Origin: Acidimicrobiales bacterium
GTDB lineage: Bacteria; Actinomycetota; Acidimicrobiia; Acidimicrobiales; Bog-793
Assembly: GCA_050014835.1 (NCBI GenBank)
Contig: JBEKCO010000003.1
Span: 733-64,732, forward strand
Direction of reading: 5' to 3'
DNA: 64,000 nucleotides
This document shows positions 1 to 8,466 of this stretch, piece by piece. Under the pieces are notes generated by a model that worked only from the letters and a program-made list of their open reading frames with translations, was not told where the DNA came from and searched no databases. Each line of letters opens with the position of its first letter. The first letter of the stretch is position 1. The position numbers were made by a program, and so were the translations under genes.

Positions 1-943
1 ATCCCGGTCGCCGCCTCGAGATGGGCCGCCCCGCGTCGGTCCGGTGCCAGCCCGACGACCCGGCCGCCGCGCTCGTGTGCCGCGAGGGCCGCGGCACGCA
101 CCATCGCCAGGGCGCGGAGCGGATCCGTCTCGGAATCCGTCCCGACGACACCGGAAAGCGCGATACCCGTCCCGCCGAGGACCGGAGCCGAGTCCATCAG
201 CGTCGCGAGATGCTCGGTGAGCGCTGCGACCTCCCTCGTCTCGAATCGGGTCTCGATCAGACCGCCGGGGATGCGCCCGCCTCCGGCGGCCCGCAGCAGG
301 AGGGATCGCTCCCCGCAGGCGACGACCTCGCCCGAGCCCAGATGGGCGTCGACGGCGGCTTCGACGCGCCCGGCGGGGGCGCCGTCGACGAGGCGCGAAC
401 AGGTCGCTCGGATCAGCTCGCGCCGGTCGAACGCCCGGCCGAGGGAATCGGCGGCGATCCCGACGCGTGCCTCGACCTCCTGGTCGCGGTCGACCCCGGC
501 CATCGCGCCGCGCACGGCGCCCCTGTCGAGCCGGGAGACCGCCGTGCGCGACACACCGAACGAGAATGCTCGTTCGCGCCAGGCGGCGACGAGCGTCGGG
601 TAGTCGCCGCCGAGATCCTTTGGCGCGCGGGTGCGGTTCGCGGCAAGACGCGCCGAGTACGGCCCGGACCGCCCCGTCCGGGCGAGCTCGGCGGCGATCT
701 CCGCGCTCCGGCGGGAGAACCCCCGCAGCGCCGCCGCCGGAATGCCGATGAGGTCCGCGAAGCCCTCGGCGCGCGTCTGCCAGTCGACCGACAGCCGCCG
801 AGAGATCTCGTGCCGCAGCCCGGCGCGGTAGAGCGCGCCGGCCGCCGCGGCGTGCACGAAGAGCGGGCGGGCGTCGATCGCTGACCATCGCCGGTCGGCG
901 TCCGGTGCGAGGTTGGCGATGACGAGATGTGTATGGAGGTGCG
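1..943 (-). pseudogene. TrwC/MobF-family conjugative relaxase, distal fragment of a gene split by the casposon (continues past the left window edge)
   Basis: The minus-strand frame is open from 943 to 1. It is absent from the ORF track because it has no stop in the window. My translation from 943 downward reads PHLHTHLVIANLAPDADRRWSAIDARPLFVHAAAAGALYRAGLRHEISRRLSVDWQTRAEGFADLIGIP... This is the HxH half of the relaxase His-triad plus downstream helices. It joins in frame to 18092..18574. The 21..884 + ORF is its Arg/Gly/Pro-rich antisense shadow. Confidence 0.8.
930..943. repeat. Target-site duplication, left copy (TGTATGGAGGTGCG)
   Basis: The identical 14-mer recurs at 18092..18105, directly abutting the other element terminus. 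A 15th base (G) also matches, but it is equally the first base of the TIR. Confidence 0.85.
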
Positions 944-975
944 GGGATAGGTGATAGCGACGGCGGAAACGTCCG
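944..975 (+). repeat. Casposon left terminal inverted repeat (GGGATAGGTGATAGCGACGGCGGAAACGTCCG)
   Basis: The reverse complement of 18060..18091 is GGGATAGGTGATAGGGCGCGCGGAAACGTCCG. That is 28/32 identical, with the first 14 and last 13 nt perfect. Confidence 0.85.
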
Positions 976-1007
976 CTTTGCTTGGACAGAGTGGTCCCCG
1001 TGACGAG

Positions 1008-2240
1008 CTAAGTGAGAAAGCGGAACCTAGGTAACTGTGGGTTCACGAGACGTACACCCTGCTGGACCTGGAGATCGTCGATCCCATCAAGGCTGAGCGG
1101 ATCATCAAGACGACAGACCTGAATCAGGTTTCCTGCGCTCTCCAACCCGACGCGATGAATGGCGGTCAGCGTCGAGCGCAGGTCGACAGTTGGCTGTTCA
1201 CCAAACCAGAACTTGAGGTCGGGCTCGCTTAGGTCTGGTGCTGGAGTGGTCGCTAAGCGACCGACTGCACCGCCGGAAGGGTTTATCGCCAAGTCGGTCT
1301 TTGACGTTGGTGCAGGGTCATCGCTGACCACGCACTCAGCGTTCCAGCTAGTCGCCAGATCGAAGGCTGCGGTAGACATCCCGCTGGAGTGTCTGATGTA
1401 CCCAAACTGCATGTGAAAAAGGTCGAGGAAGAGGCGACTGAGTCGCTCGAGAGCATCGTTGACTGGGGTCTCGGTGATCGCCGAGTGAGGCAGGAGCACG
1501 GGTCGGCCGAACTTGGAATGGAAGAGAGCCGATCGAGTGCCGACGTAGAGGTCGTTAAACACATCGGTGACCGCGTCATGGGATCCAGTGGGCGCGTAGC
1601 GGCTCAGCGGAAGAGCTGAATCCACCTGCTGCAGGGCACGCTTCAGCCAGACGCCCTCTTTCTCGGTGGGCACTCCCGCGGCCGAGAGAAGTTGAGGGAC
1701 GATGCTGCTCAAGAGTGCCTCGAGCCCTAGATACATGTTGCGGTAGGCATCGAATAGGTCTGACGTGATTTGAGCAAGGCGGAAGTACCGAAGGCTTGGA
1801 TGCCAGACAAGGGAAGGCGGAGGATGTGAGACGACGTTCCCGTCCTTCTCGGTCCAGTACCCGGTCGCCGACCCCTTCATGCCCATGTCGGACACCCCAA
1901 ACAGTCGCGTAACCAGAGATCCGGCGTCGGTCCACCATGCAATGTGGCCACTGTCGGCGCTCTCGATGACCAGATCGGTCATGGCGTGCATCGTGAAACG
2001 ATCGAGTGCTTCTTGTGCAGCTTCGTACGCACGACCGAGCACTGCTGCATAGCTATCGATCGCTGCCGACGCTCGAACGACGATTTGCTGTGAACCCTCG
2101 ACCAGCTCCGCGGACCATCCAGCAGACAGAGCCTCGACGCAGGTGAGACTCGACGCTTGGCTCAGCTGGAACGAACCTCCACAAGCGCTACGCGGTCCGC
2201 TGACCACCAGCACTCTTGGGTCGTTGTCGATGGCAGACAT
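1008..2240 (-). CDS. Hypothetical protein (casposon cargo) with a possible HEPN-like Rx4H motif
   Basis: Long ORF with coding-like composition. The ATG at 2240 is preceded by GAAGGGA (SD-like); the track start at 2261 is an alternative. RSALFH (Rx4H) is encoded at 1518..1535. I recognise no other domain. Confidence 0.55.
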   Translation of the reverse strand: MSAIDNDPRVLVVSGPRSACGGSFQLSQASSLTCVEALSAGWSAELVEGSQQIVVRASAAIDSYAAVLGRAYEAAQEALDRFTMHAMTDLVIESADSGHIAWWTDAGSLVTRLFGVSDMGMKGSATGYWTEKDGNVVSHPPPSLVWHPSLRYFRLAQITSDLFDAYRNMYLGLEALLSSIVPQLLSAAGVPTEKEGVWLKRALQQVDSALPLSRYAPTGSHDAVTDVFNDLYVGTRSALFHSKFGRPVLLPHSAITETPVNDALERLSRLFLDLFHMQFGYIRHSSGMSTAAFDLATSWNAECVVSDDPAPTSKTDLAINPSGGAVGRLATTPAPDLSEPDLKFWFGEQPTVDLRSTLTAIHRVGLESAGNLIQVCRLDDPLSLDGIDDLQVQQGVRLVNPQLPRFRFLT

Positions 2241-2394
2241 TCGAATCCCTTCTGGGCGCAACCAACCTCAGGCATGGCGATCAGAGCGCAGAACGCGACG
2301 CTATTGCAGTTCCGATCGACTCGTGTTGGGCCCGTTCCCACTTTCCAGAGGGGACACGTCCGCCTCGTCCTCGTCATAGCGCGAAACTGGTCGT

Positions 2395-3330
2395 GTGGCC
2401 GATGCGAGACCAACGAAGCGCCTCAGCGACGATGCTTACGACGCTCTCGTCGAAGCTCTCGCAGTCTTCTACTGGTACCGCGCGGACTTCGAAACCTTCG
2501 TACGGGATGCCCTCACGGATGCTCCCGAGATTCTCGCGCGCCTCGATTTCAAGCAGTCGAAGCGGGTCGTGTCTGTCGACATTACGCGCCAACTGCGAGC
2601 AAAGGAGCCCCGCTACCAGGACCTTACGATCGATCTCCTCATGAGGCTTTCGAAGTTCGACGAACACTTCACGAAGCTTTCGAGGCTCGAGGACGGCGGG
2701 CTGAAAGTCGTCGCCGCTCAGGCTGCGCTGGCCGACGTTAGGCGAGTTGTGGAACGACACTCAGAGATGACCGAAGCTCGTGAGCGCCTCCGGGCGGAGA
2801 TGCGCTCCGAAGCAGAAACAGCGTCGCTTCGTCGAACCCATGAGTCGCTCCTCGAGAAGTTGAGACTGTCCTTCATCGAGTTACGGGGTTTGGAGGATGC
2901 CCACGAGCGCGGTCGAAAACTGGAGAAGCTTGTCAATGGCGTCTTCGAGCTGTTCGAACTGGAACCTCGAGCAGCGTACGACCTCGAGCACGAACAGATA
3001 GATGGCGCATTCACGTTTGACACCGATGACTACCTGCTCGAGGTGAAATGGTGGGCAGAGGCTCTCCAACCAGCACAGCTGCACATCCTCAAGGGCAAGA
3101 TTGAGACGAAGGCGAAGCATGTCTTCGGCCTTTTCTTAGCGATCAATGGATTTACTACCGGTGCTATCGAGGCTTACTCGCACGGAACGCCGCTCATCCT
3201 CATGGATGGAATGGACTTATACGCTGTTCTTGAAGGCCGGATCTCTCTGCGTGAGGTCCTTCAACGCAAGCGACGGTTTGCCGCAGAGACAGGAGTGCCG
3301 ATGCTGCCTGTTTCGACGATGCTCGAGTAA
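2395..3330 (+). CDS. Mrr-cat/PD-(D/E)xK restriction-endonuclease-like protein with an unknown coiled-coil N-terminal domain
   Basis: The C-terminal half reads ERGRKLEKLVNGVFELFELEP...IDGAFTFDTDDYLLEVKWW...GLFLAINGFTTGA. This matches the Mrr_cat pattern (G..FE..., D...(D/E)xK, trailing hydrophobic strand). The N-terminal ~170 aa are helical, Arg/Glu-rich and unassigned. Confidence 0.6.
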   Translation: MADARPTKRLSDDAYDALVEALAVFYWYRADFETFVRDALTDAPEILARLDFKQSKRVVSVDITRQLRAKEPRYQDLTIDLLMRLSKFDEHFTKLSRLEDGGLKVVAAQAALADVRRVVERHSEMTEARERLRAEMRSEAETASLRRTHESLLEKLRLSFIELRGLEDAHERGRKLEKLVNGVFELFELEPRAAYDLEHEQIDGAFTFDTDDYLLEVKWWAEALQPAQLHILKGKIETKAKHVFGLFLAINGFTTGAIEAYSHGTPLILMDGMDLYAVLEGRISLREVLQRKRRFAAETGVPMLPVSTMLE

Positions 3331-3334
3331 CGAG

Positions 3335-6295
3335 TCAAGCCAGGGCCTCCATCGCCTTTCGGTGTCCGGCGTGCGGCATCGCCCGCCCCTTCAAGATGTC
3401 CCTGGCCCTACGCTCGCTGATCCCGATGGCGTCGGCGACCTTCTTGGATCCCATCGCCTGCAGCTTCGGCAGTGTGATCCTCCGCCACCCGTCATCGTCG
3501 TCGTAGACGGCCAGACGATCGTCCAGCTCCTCGACCGTGACGAGCCCAGCCATCCGCTCCTCGAGCCTGTTCGACTCCTTCCCGATGAGCTTGATCTCTC
3601 CGGCGGTAACTGGCCGGCGCTGGAGCAAGCCCACGGTGCCACGCCCGCAGGGCTCGCCGTCGGGGCCGAGCGCCTTGGCCTCGGGATGGGCGGCGTACTT
3701 CTCGTCGACGTCGCCGTAGGTGTCCACCTTCGGCTGGCCGGATCGGCCAGCGACTGTCGTGATTCGGTACGAACGGCGTTCGGGATGGTGCAGGTCGACC
3801 CAGGAGAGCTTCGACCACCGTGTTGGGTCGGATTCCCACGGTGCGACGAGCCGGAAGCGGTCCCCGGGACCGACACCTGCAGGAGGTGTCACGCCGGCCG
3901 CGCTCAGCATGAAGTTGAACGGCTTGACCTGGTCCGCGTACGGCTTGCCCTCGTTGAAGCGCCGGAACGCCCGGAGCACGGCAGGTGACGTGACAGTCGT
4001 GCGGATCATCGTCGGCCGCGCGAACCATCTCGGCCGCTCGACCGGCAGCCCGAGTGCCTCGTGAAGGATGACGGACCAGATCTGAGGGATCCAACGTGGG
4101 TCCTCGCTCTTTGGGCCGAGGGGGTTCAGGAGCTGGCCGAGGCCATGCTCTGACGGTGGGTGCTCCTCGAGGAAGATTGGCTCGCCAGCCTCGTCGAGGC
4201 GGTACAGCGCGTAGCGCTTGGCCGAGATGGCGAAGCACATCGCCGTCGCCTCGTCCTTGAGGATGCTCGGGACCACCTCCTCGTCGTAGGGGTTGAGGGC
4301 CGCGAAGCGGTGCCGGATGGACTCGACCTGGTCGAAAGACAGGGCGCGAACAGCCTCAGACCCATCGGGAAGGCGCGCCGGGCCTCCGGGGCAGGCCACG
4401 AGGCCTCCTCGCTCGGAGCACACGATCGCCATGGAGTCGGTGTCGCAGAACGCCCAGCTGCCGCCCAAGTCGGTGACGTTGCGCTCCAGCACGGCGAGCA
4501 TGAGCCGCGCAGCTCCAGTGATGCAGGTGGCGAGCGGCGGGAAGCAGTACCGCCCCGGGTCCTCGGGGCCGCTAGCCCAGTCCTCGAAGGGAACCTCGGA
4601 TCGGCCGTAGACGACCATTCGGGCCTGCTTGCCCTTCGGGAGCTCGTCCCGGTTGAACTCGCCCCAGATCCCGAAGGAGCCCGCGTTGGCAACGATCTTG
4701 AGAGCCATCGAAAGGCGCTGCTTCTCTCCCTCGGGGAGGTCGGTCCTGTGCAGGATGCGCTGGCGCTCCTCGACCATCGATCGGAACGGGTCCTCCGCGG
4801 CCGGATCGAGCTGCACGGCTCCCCGCAACTTGACGGAGCGGAGCCTTCTCACCCGGCCCACAGGGACCAGGCGGAAGGCTCTCACAATCTTCGGCGTTTG
4901 ACCGGTGAGCAGCTTCGAGGCGACGCAGTCCGGTATCGAGTACCAGAGCGGCTCGCTCGAGGTCAGCGGGTTGACACCGATTCCCCATGACTGGCCGCCG
5001 TAGGCGGCGCGGACAGGGAGGATGTCGCCATCAGGCTCGACAAGCACGAAACCGACCAGCTGGGGCCAGAGGTCCTGCTCGACGGTGTCCTCCAGCGTCA
5101 CGCGCTCGAGCAGCTCCGCGACCTCCGAGGTCGCGTCCACAACTCTGACCTGCTCGGCGGTGCGAAAGCGGTGGAGGTCCATGAGCGCCCCGACGGTTGG
5201 GTACATCGAGGTGAAGTCGGTGAGCTTCACGGGGACTGGGACGCGGCGGATCCGGCATTCGGCCCTGCCGCCGAAGAACGTGGACATGGCGTAACCGAGA
5301 TCCTCGCGGGAGAAGTCCGGCTGGCGGTCGAGAATCGGCAGCAGGCCCATGGCGTTGAGGTAGGCCTTTGCCATCGAGGCAGGAGAGTAGGCGCGCTCGG
5401 GCGAGATGGTGACCGGGTGACGCTCGAACTCGGCGTTGAGCGCCATATAAAGGCCAAAGGTCGCGGCGGCGTCCTGGCGGCAGTAGTCGATGTACTTCTC
5501 GGTGATCTTCCCGTGGCCTCCGGGGTTGTCCTTGCCTTGGACGCCGAAGGCATCACACGCGTCTTGGAGGCTGTAAGCAATTCCCGTGAGGGCGAAGGCG
5601 AGCGTTCTCAGGTCGAGGAAACGCCCCCGCCAGGCGTAGCCGGGGTCGGGCTTCTGGTCCCTGGAGCCGTCGGGGATCAGGTCGACAAGGTCGGGCTCTA
5701 CAGGCTTGGTGAAGGACATGAACGCGAGCTTCGAGTTGGCGTGCTTGATGTCGACCCTGGGCCGGTGGCGGCGCTCCTTGTGAGGCGTGCCCGCCTTGCC
5801 CGGCGCGAGGACCAGGGAGAACCCGCCACGGTTCATGCGGCGTCCCTCGCTGGCCCTGATCGCCAGCCTCGACAGATCGAAAGGGAGGTTGAAGCCGACG
5901 ACCAGGTCACGACCCCCGTAAGCGGCTGAGAAGAAGACCCTCTCCACGAACTTGGACTGCGACAACAGCCGGATTCGCCGTTGCCTGCCTGTGCCGAGGA
6001 GGGTGGAGCGCTTGGCCACATAGCGCTGCAGCTCCGCGTAGCCTCCGGGGTCTCGCTCAGGAAGGACGTCGGCATAGAAGAGCCCCTCATCGATGAGCAT
6101 CGGCCCGTCGGGATCGAGGCGGTAGTAGCGCCAGGCGCCGAACTTGAGCGCCTGGGCGTAGTCCGTCGTGGTCTCCGTGTCGAACACGAGGACACCTGGC
6201 CGGACGGTGTGCCGATGGTCGGGACGCGAGCGTCGCTTGGTGTCGACCCGCTCCGTCCAGACGCGGTGCGCGATGGGAAGCCTCGGATCGGTCAT
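3335..6295 (-). CDS. polB: Family B DNA polymerase (casposon PolB), 986 aa
   Basis: Exonuclease motifs: Exo I VLVFDTET, Exo II GFNLPFDLSRL, Exo III YCRQDAAAT. Polymerase motifs: A DFTSMYPT, B KIVANAGSFGIWG, C FCDTDS (DTD encoded at 4436..4444) and KxY AISAKRYAL. About 265 aa of C-terminal extension end in an HTH-like segment (KKVADAIGISERRARDIL). Confidence 0.9.
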   Translation of the reverse strand: MTDPRLPIAHRVWTERVDTKRRSRPDHRHTVRPGVLVFDTETTTDYAQALKFGAWRYYRLDPDGPMLIDEGLFYADVLPERDPGGYAELQRYVAKRSTLLGTGRQRRIRLLSQSKFVERVFFSAAYGGRDLVVGFNLPFDLSRLAIRASEGRRMNRGGFSLVLAPGKAGTPHKERRHRPRVDIKHANSKLAFMSFTKPVEPDLVDLIPDGSRDQKPDPGYAWRGRFLDLRTLAFALTGIAYSLQDACDAFGVQGKDNPGGHGKITEKYIDYCRQDAAATFGLYMALNAEFERHPVTISPERAYSPASMAKAYLNAMGLLPILDRQPDFSREDLGYAMSTFFGGRAECRIRRVPVPVKLTDFTSMYPTVGALMDLHRFRTAEQVRVVDATSEVAELLERVTLEDTVEQDLWPQLVGFVLVEPDGDILPVRAAYGGQSWGIGVNPLTSSEPLWYSIPDCVASKLLTGQTPKIVRAFRLVPVGRVRRLRSVKLRGAVQLDPAAEDPFRSMVEERQRILHRTDLPEGEKQRLSMALKIVANAGSFGIWGEFNRDELPKGKQARMVVYGRSEVPFEDWASGPEDPGRYCFPPLATCITGAARLMLAVLERNVTDLGGSWAFCDTDSMAIVCSERGGLVACPGGPARLPDGSEAVRALSFDQVESIRHRFAALNPYDEEVVPSILKDEATAMCFAISAKRYALYRLDEAGEPIFLEEHPPSEHGLGQLLNPLGPKSEDPRWIPQIWSVILHEALGLPVERPRWFARPTMIRTTVTSPAVLRAFRRFNEGKPYADQVKPFNFMLSAAGVTPPAGVGPGDRFRLVAPWESDPTRWSKLSWVDLHHPERRSYRITTVAGRSGQPKVDTYGDVDEKYAAHPEAKALGPDGEPCGRGTVGLLQRRPVTAGEIKLIGKESNRLEERMAGLVTVEELDDRLAVYDDDDGWRRITLPKLQAMGSKKVADAIGISERRARDILKGRAMPHAGHRKAMEALA

Positions 6296-6729
6296 TTGAT
6301 CCCGGGAAGACCCCGCCAGGGGGGAAGGTGCTCGTCCAGGGATCGCACCACGCCCGCGACCTCATCAGCCCAGCGTTGGAACGAGTCCGCAAGTTGGCGG
6401 AAGAAGGCCGCGAGGGAACGCATGGCGAGGGCGAGTCGCTCCAAGCAGGTTGGGGCACGGCCGGCGGGGAGCGCACCCACGTCTTGCTGGGCAGCCGTCG
6501 CCTTCGCGTGGCAGTTGCAGCAGACCACGACTTCTACTTCTTGGTCGTTCGCCTCACCGAGGGGATGGTGCGCCTGCAGGAGCTTGCGAGTCGATCGCCG
6601 AGCGGTGGTCTTGCGAAGCACGGTTGGATCGGTCTCGCCACATAGGGCGCATGCCGCATCCGGGGGCAGCGGTCGGGCTCTTTTCCTTCGGCGAACCTCG
6701 TTCTGGATTGGATCTGGATCTTGAATCAT
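6292..6729 (-). CDS. HNH endonuclease-like protein
   Basis: The ATG at 6729 is preceded by AAAGGAA. The sequence CALCGETDP...LQAHHPLGE...VVCCNCHAKAT gives a CxxC...HH...CxxCH layout typical of HNH. Its stop overlaps the polB start by 4 nt. The N-terminal 76 aa of the track ORF were rejected because they overlap the upstream gene. Confidence 0.65.
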   Translation of the reverse strand: MIQDPDPIQNEVRRRKRARPLPPDAACALCGETDPTVLRKTTARRSTRKLLQAHHPLGEANDQEVEVVVCCNCHAKATAAQQDVGALPAGRAPTCLERLALAMRSLAAFFRQLADSFQRWADEVAGVVRSLDEHLPPWRGLPGIK

Positions 6730-6739
6730 TTCGTTCCTT

Positions 6740-7267
6740 TCATGGTCCCGTGATGTAGATGTCGTCAATGTCGATCTCGCCACGCCGGAGGAACTCCTCG
6801 ACCTGGTCAGGATCTGTCGCCAACACGGCCCCGCCGACGCGTTTGCCCGCAAAGGGCGTGAGCACTCCAACGTCGCCCGTGGCTGCGAATCGCTGGATGG
6901 CGTTCCAGTGCCGGCCGACTGCCGAGCGGGCCTGAGACCCTCTGACGTCGACGTCAACGACTCCGTCGCTCGAGAGCACGCTCATGCGCTGGAAGCTGCG
7001 ATCCGAGGGAGTGGGCACATAGCGTTGCCCTTGCCGGACGAGCGAGTCGCCTGCGTAGCGGCGCACGGTCTCTGGCGTCGTGCCGTGCCTCCTCGCCGCG
7101 GTGCGAAGCGAGACCTTCTCGGTTCTCATCGCGCTGAGCGTCTCGAAGGCCTTGTGCCTTGCTTCGCGCTCAGCAGGTCTGAGCCGCTCGTATTCGCTGC
7201 GGCCCCGCACTTTGCGGGGCATAGTGCGCTGGCGATACTCGGCTGAGAAGTCACGGGTGCGGGCCAT
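6740..7267 (-). CDS. Hypothetical protein with a predicted HTH (casposon core operon)
   Basis: 175-aa ORF in the same operon as polB/HNH. The segment VSLRTAARRHGTTPETVRRY looks like an HTH. No family recognised. Confidence 0.5.
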   Translation of the reverse strand: MARTRDFSAEYRQRTMPRKVRGRSEYERLRPAEREARHKAFETLSAMRTEKVSLRTAARRHGTTPETVRRYAGDSLVRQGQRYVPTPSDRSFQRMSVLSSDGVVDVDVRGSQARSAVGRHWNAIQRFAATGDVGVLTPFAGKRVGGAVLATDPDQVEEFLRRGEIDIDDIYITGP

Positions 7268-7275
7268 CGCTTCAC

Positions 7276-7500
7276 TTAGCCGGTTCCGCCGCGTTGAGCT
7301 CCGAGACTGCGACGGCGGGCCAGGTCACGTACGGCCGCGAGTTGCTCGACATCGTCTCGAACCCAGAGCTGACCCAGAGGGGTCATCTCTCTCGGCACGA
7401 GGCGTCCCGATCGTGCAAGCTGCCGTACTCGCTCAGCAGAGATCCCGAGCCGTCGGGCAACCTGTGATGTCGTCATGAGCTGGCTAGATTCGTCAATCAT
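7276..7500 (-). CDS. Small MerR/excisionase-type HTH DNA-binding protein
   Basis: LMTTSQVARRLGISAERVRQLARSGRL is a classic Xis/MerR-like HTH. It is the first gene of the minus-strand core operon and is divergent from the cas1 operon. Confidence 0.6.
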   Translation of the reverse strand: MIDESSQLMTTSQVARRLGISAERVRQLARSGRLVPREMTPLGQLWVRDDVEQLAAVRDLARRRSLGAQRGGTG

Positions 7501-7559
7501 CTCGTTTGGACCTTATGGCTCCACAAGCGGCTACTTCAAGACTGGTGTAACCTGCAGAC

Positions 7560-8396
7560 GTGCCACTGAGCAGGGCCGAAATGGTGCTTGCCGCCAAAGG
7601 GGCGGGGTTCAGCGAGGTCTCAGAGCGGCTCGTCACTGACTGGGCACAGCTCGGGCTGCTCGATCATCCGCGACGAGCACCGCGGCCGAAGGGCTCTGGT
7701 CAGGGCGCGTTCTACCAGTGGTCGGACAATCAGCGGGAGTTGTTCTTACTCCTGCTGAGATGGCGCCAAGTGGTCCGATCCGTTGGCGCGCTGGCGGAAG
7801 TAACCGTCGCTGTATGGCTCTACCGGGACGACGAGTGGGCGACCTTGGCACAAGTGCGACGAGTACTGAAGACCTGGCGCGGCCGGTCTCCAAGGTCGTA
7901 CGAGCAGGCCGAACGTGACGCTCGAACCATTTGGAGAGCGGCTTTCGGCGATATCCAGGTGCCGGAGGATCGTCGTCGCTTTATCAAGGCACTTACGGAC
8001 CTCACTTACCGACGGGTTGCCGATGAAGCCAATGTGCGTGAGCTGGTCGTCGCGCTGTTTAAGCGCGTCCGCGGTCACCAATCGTGGGGGCCGTTCTCCT
8101 TCGACGCAGAGGACGTCGCGCGCTGGATTTACATGCTCATCGCTGGTGTCGAACGCTTCGAGAAGCTCGACGATGATCTGTGGAACGAGGCTCGAAAACG
8201 CCATCGCCAGCTCATCTTCGTGTACAGCCGAGAGTGGTCTCGCTTGTCCCAAGATCCTCAAGTCGGCTGGTTATTCGAAGACCAGACCTCAAAACCCTTC
8301 ATCACGAACGCATGCGAAATTCTGCTCGCTGGTCTGGGGACGCTGGCGTTGGAACTAGAGAAAGGTGACCAACCTGCGCCACTGACCGACGGCTAG
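7560..8396 (+). CDS. Hypothetical protein encoded immediately upstream of cas1
   Basis: 278-aa ORF with a GTG start. The N-terminus (RLVTDWAQLGLLD) is weakly HTH-like and the rest is helical with no recognised family. It is likely co-transcribed with cas1. Confidence 0.5.
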   Translation: MPLSRAEMVLAAKGAGFSEVSERLVTDWAQLGLLDHPRRAPRPKGSGQGAFYQWSDNQRELFLLLLRWRQVVRSVGALAEVTVAVWLYRDDEWATLAQVRRVLKTWRGRSPRSYEQAERDARTIWRAAFGDIQVPEDRRRFIKALTDLTYRRVADEANVRELVVALFKRVRGHQSWGPFSFDAEDVARWIYMLIAGVERFEKLDDDLWNEARKRHRQLIFVYSREWSRLSQDPQVGWLFEDQTSKPFITNACEILLAGLGTLALELEKGDQPAPLTDG

Positions 8397-8466
8397 CAAG
8401 AGCGATCAAGTGCCCCGGGCGAGGCTGCAACCTCCCCGGGGCTGGCACCGAAAGGAGTGCTTTCGA

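Noticed and set aside
21-884. 287-aa + strand ORF, plus nested ORFs at 217..603, 467..751 and 631..831.
   Set aside because: The composition is Arg/Gly/Pro/Asp-rich with no motifs. It lies antisense to the clearly recognisable relaxase reading frame on the minus strand. This is a typical high-GC shadow ORF.
3335-6295. Alternative reading of the PolB as a pipolin (piPolB element).
   Set aside because: As far as I know, pipolins integrate via tyrosine recombinases at tRNA genes and lack Cas1 and TIRs. Here there is no integrase inside the element, and a Cas1 plus TIR/14-bp TSD are present.
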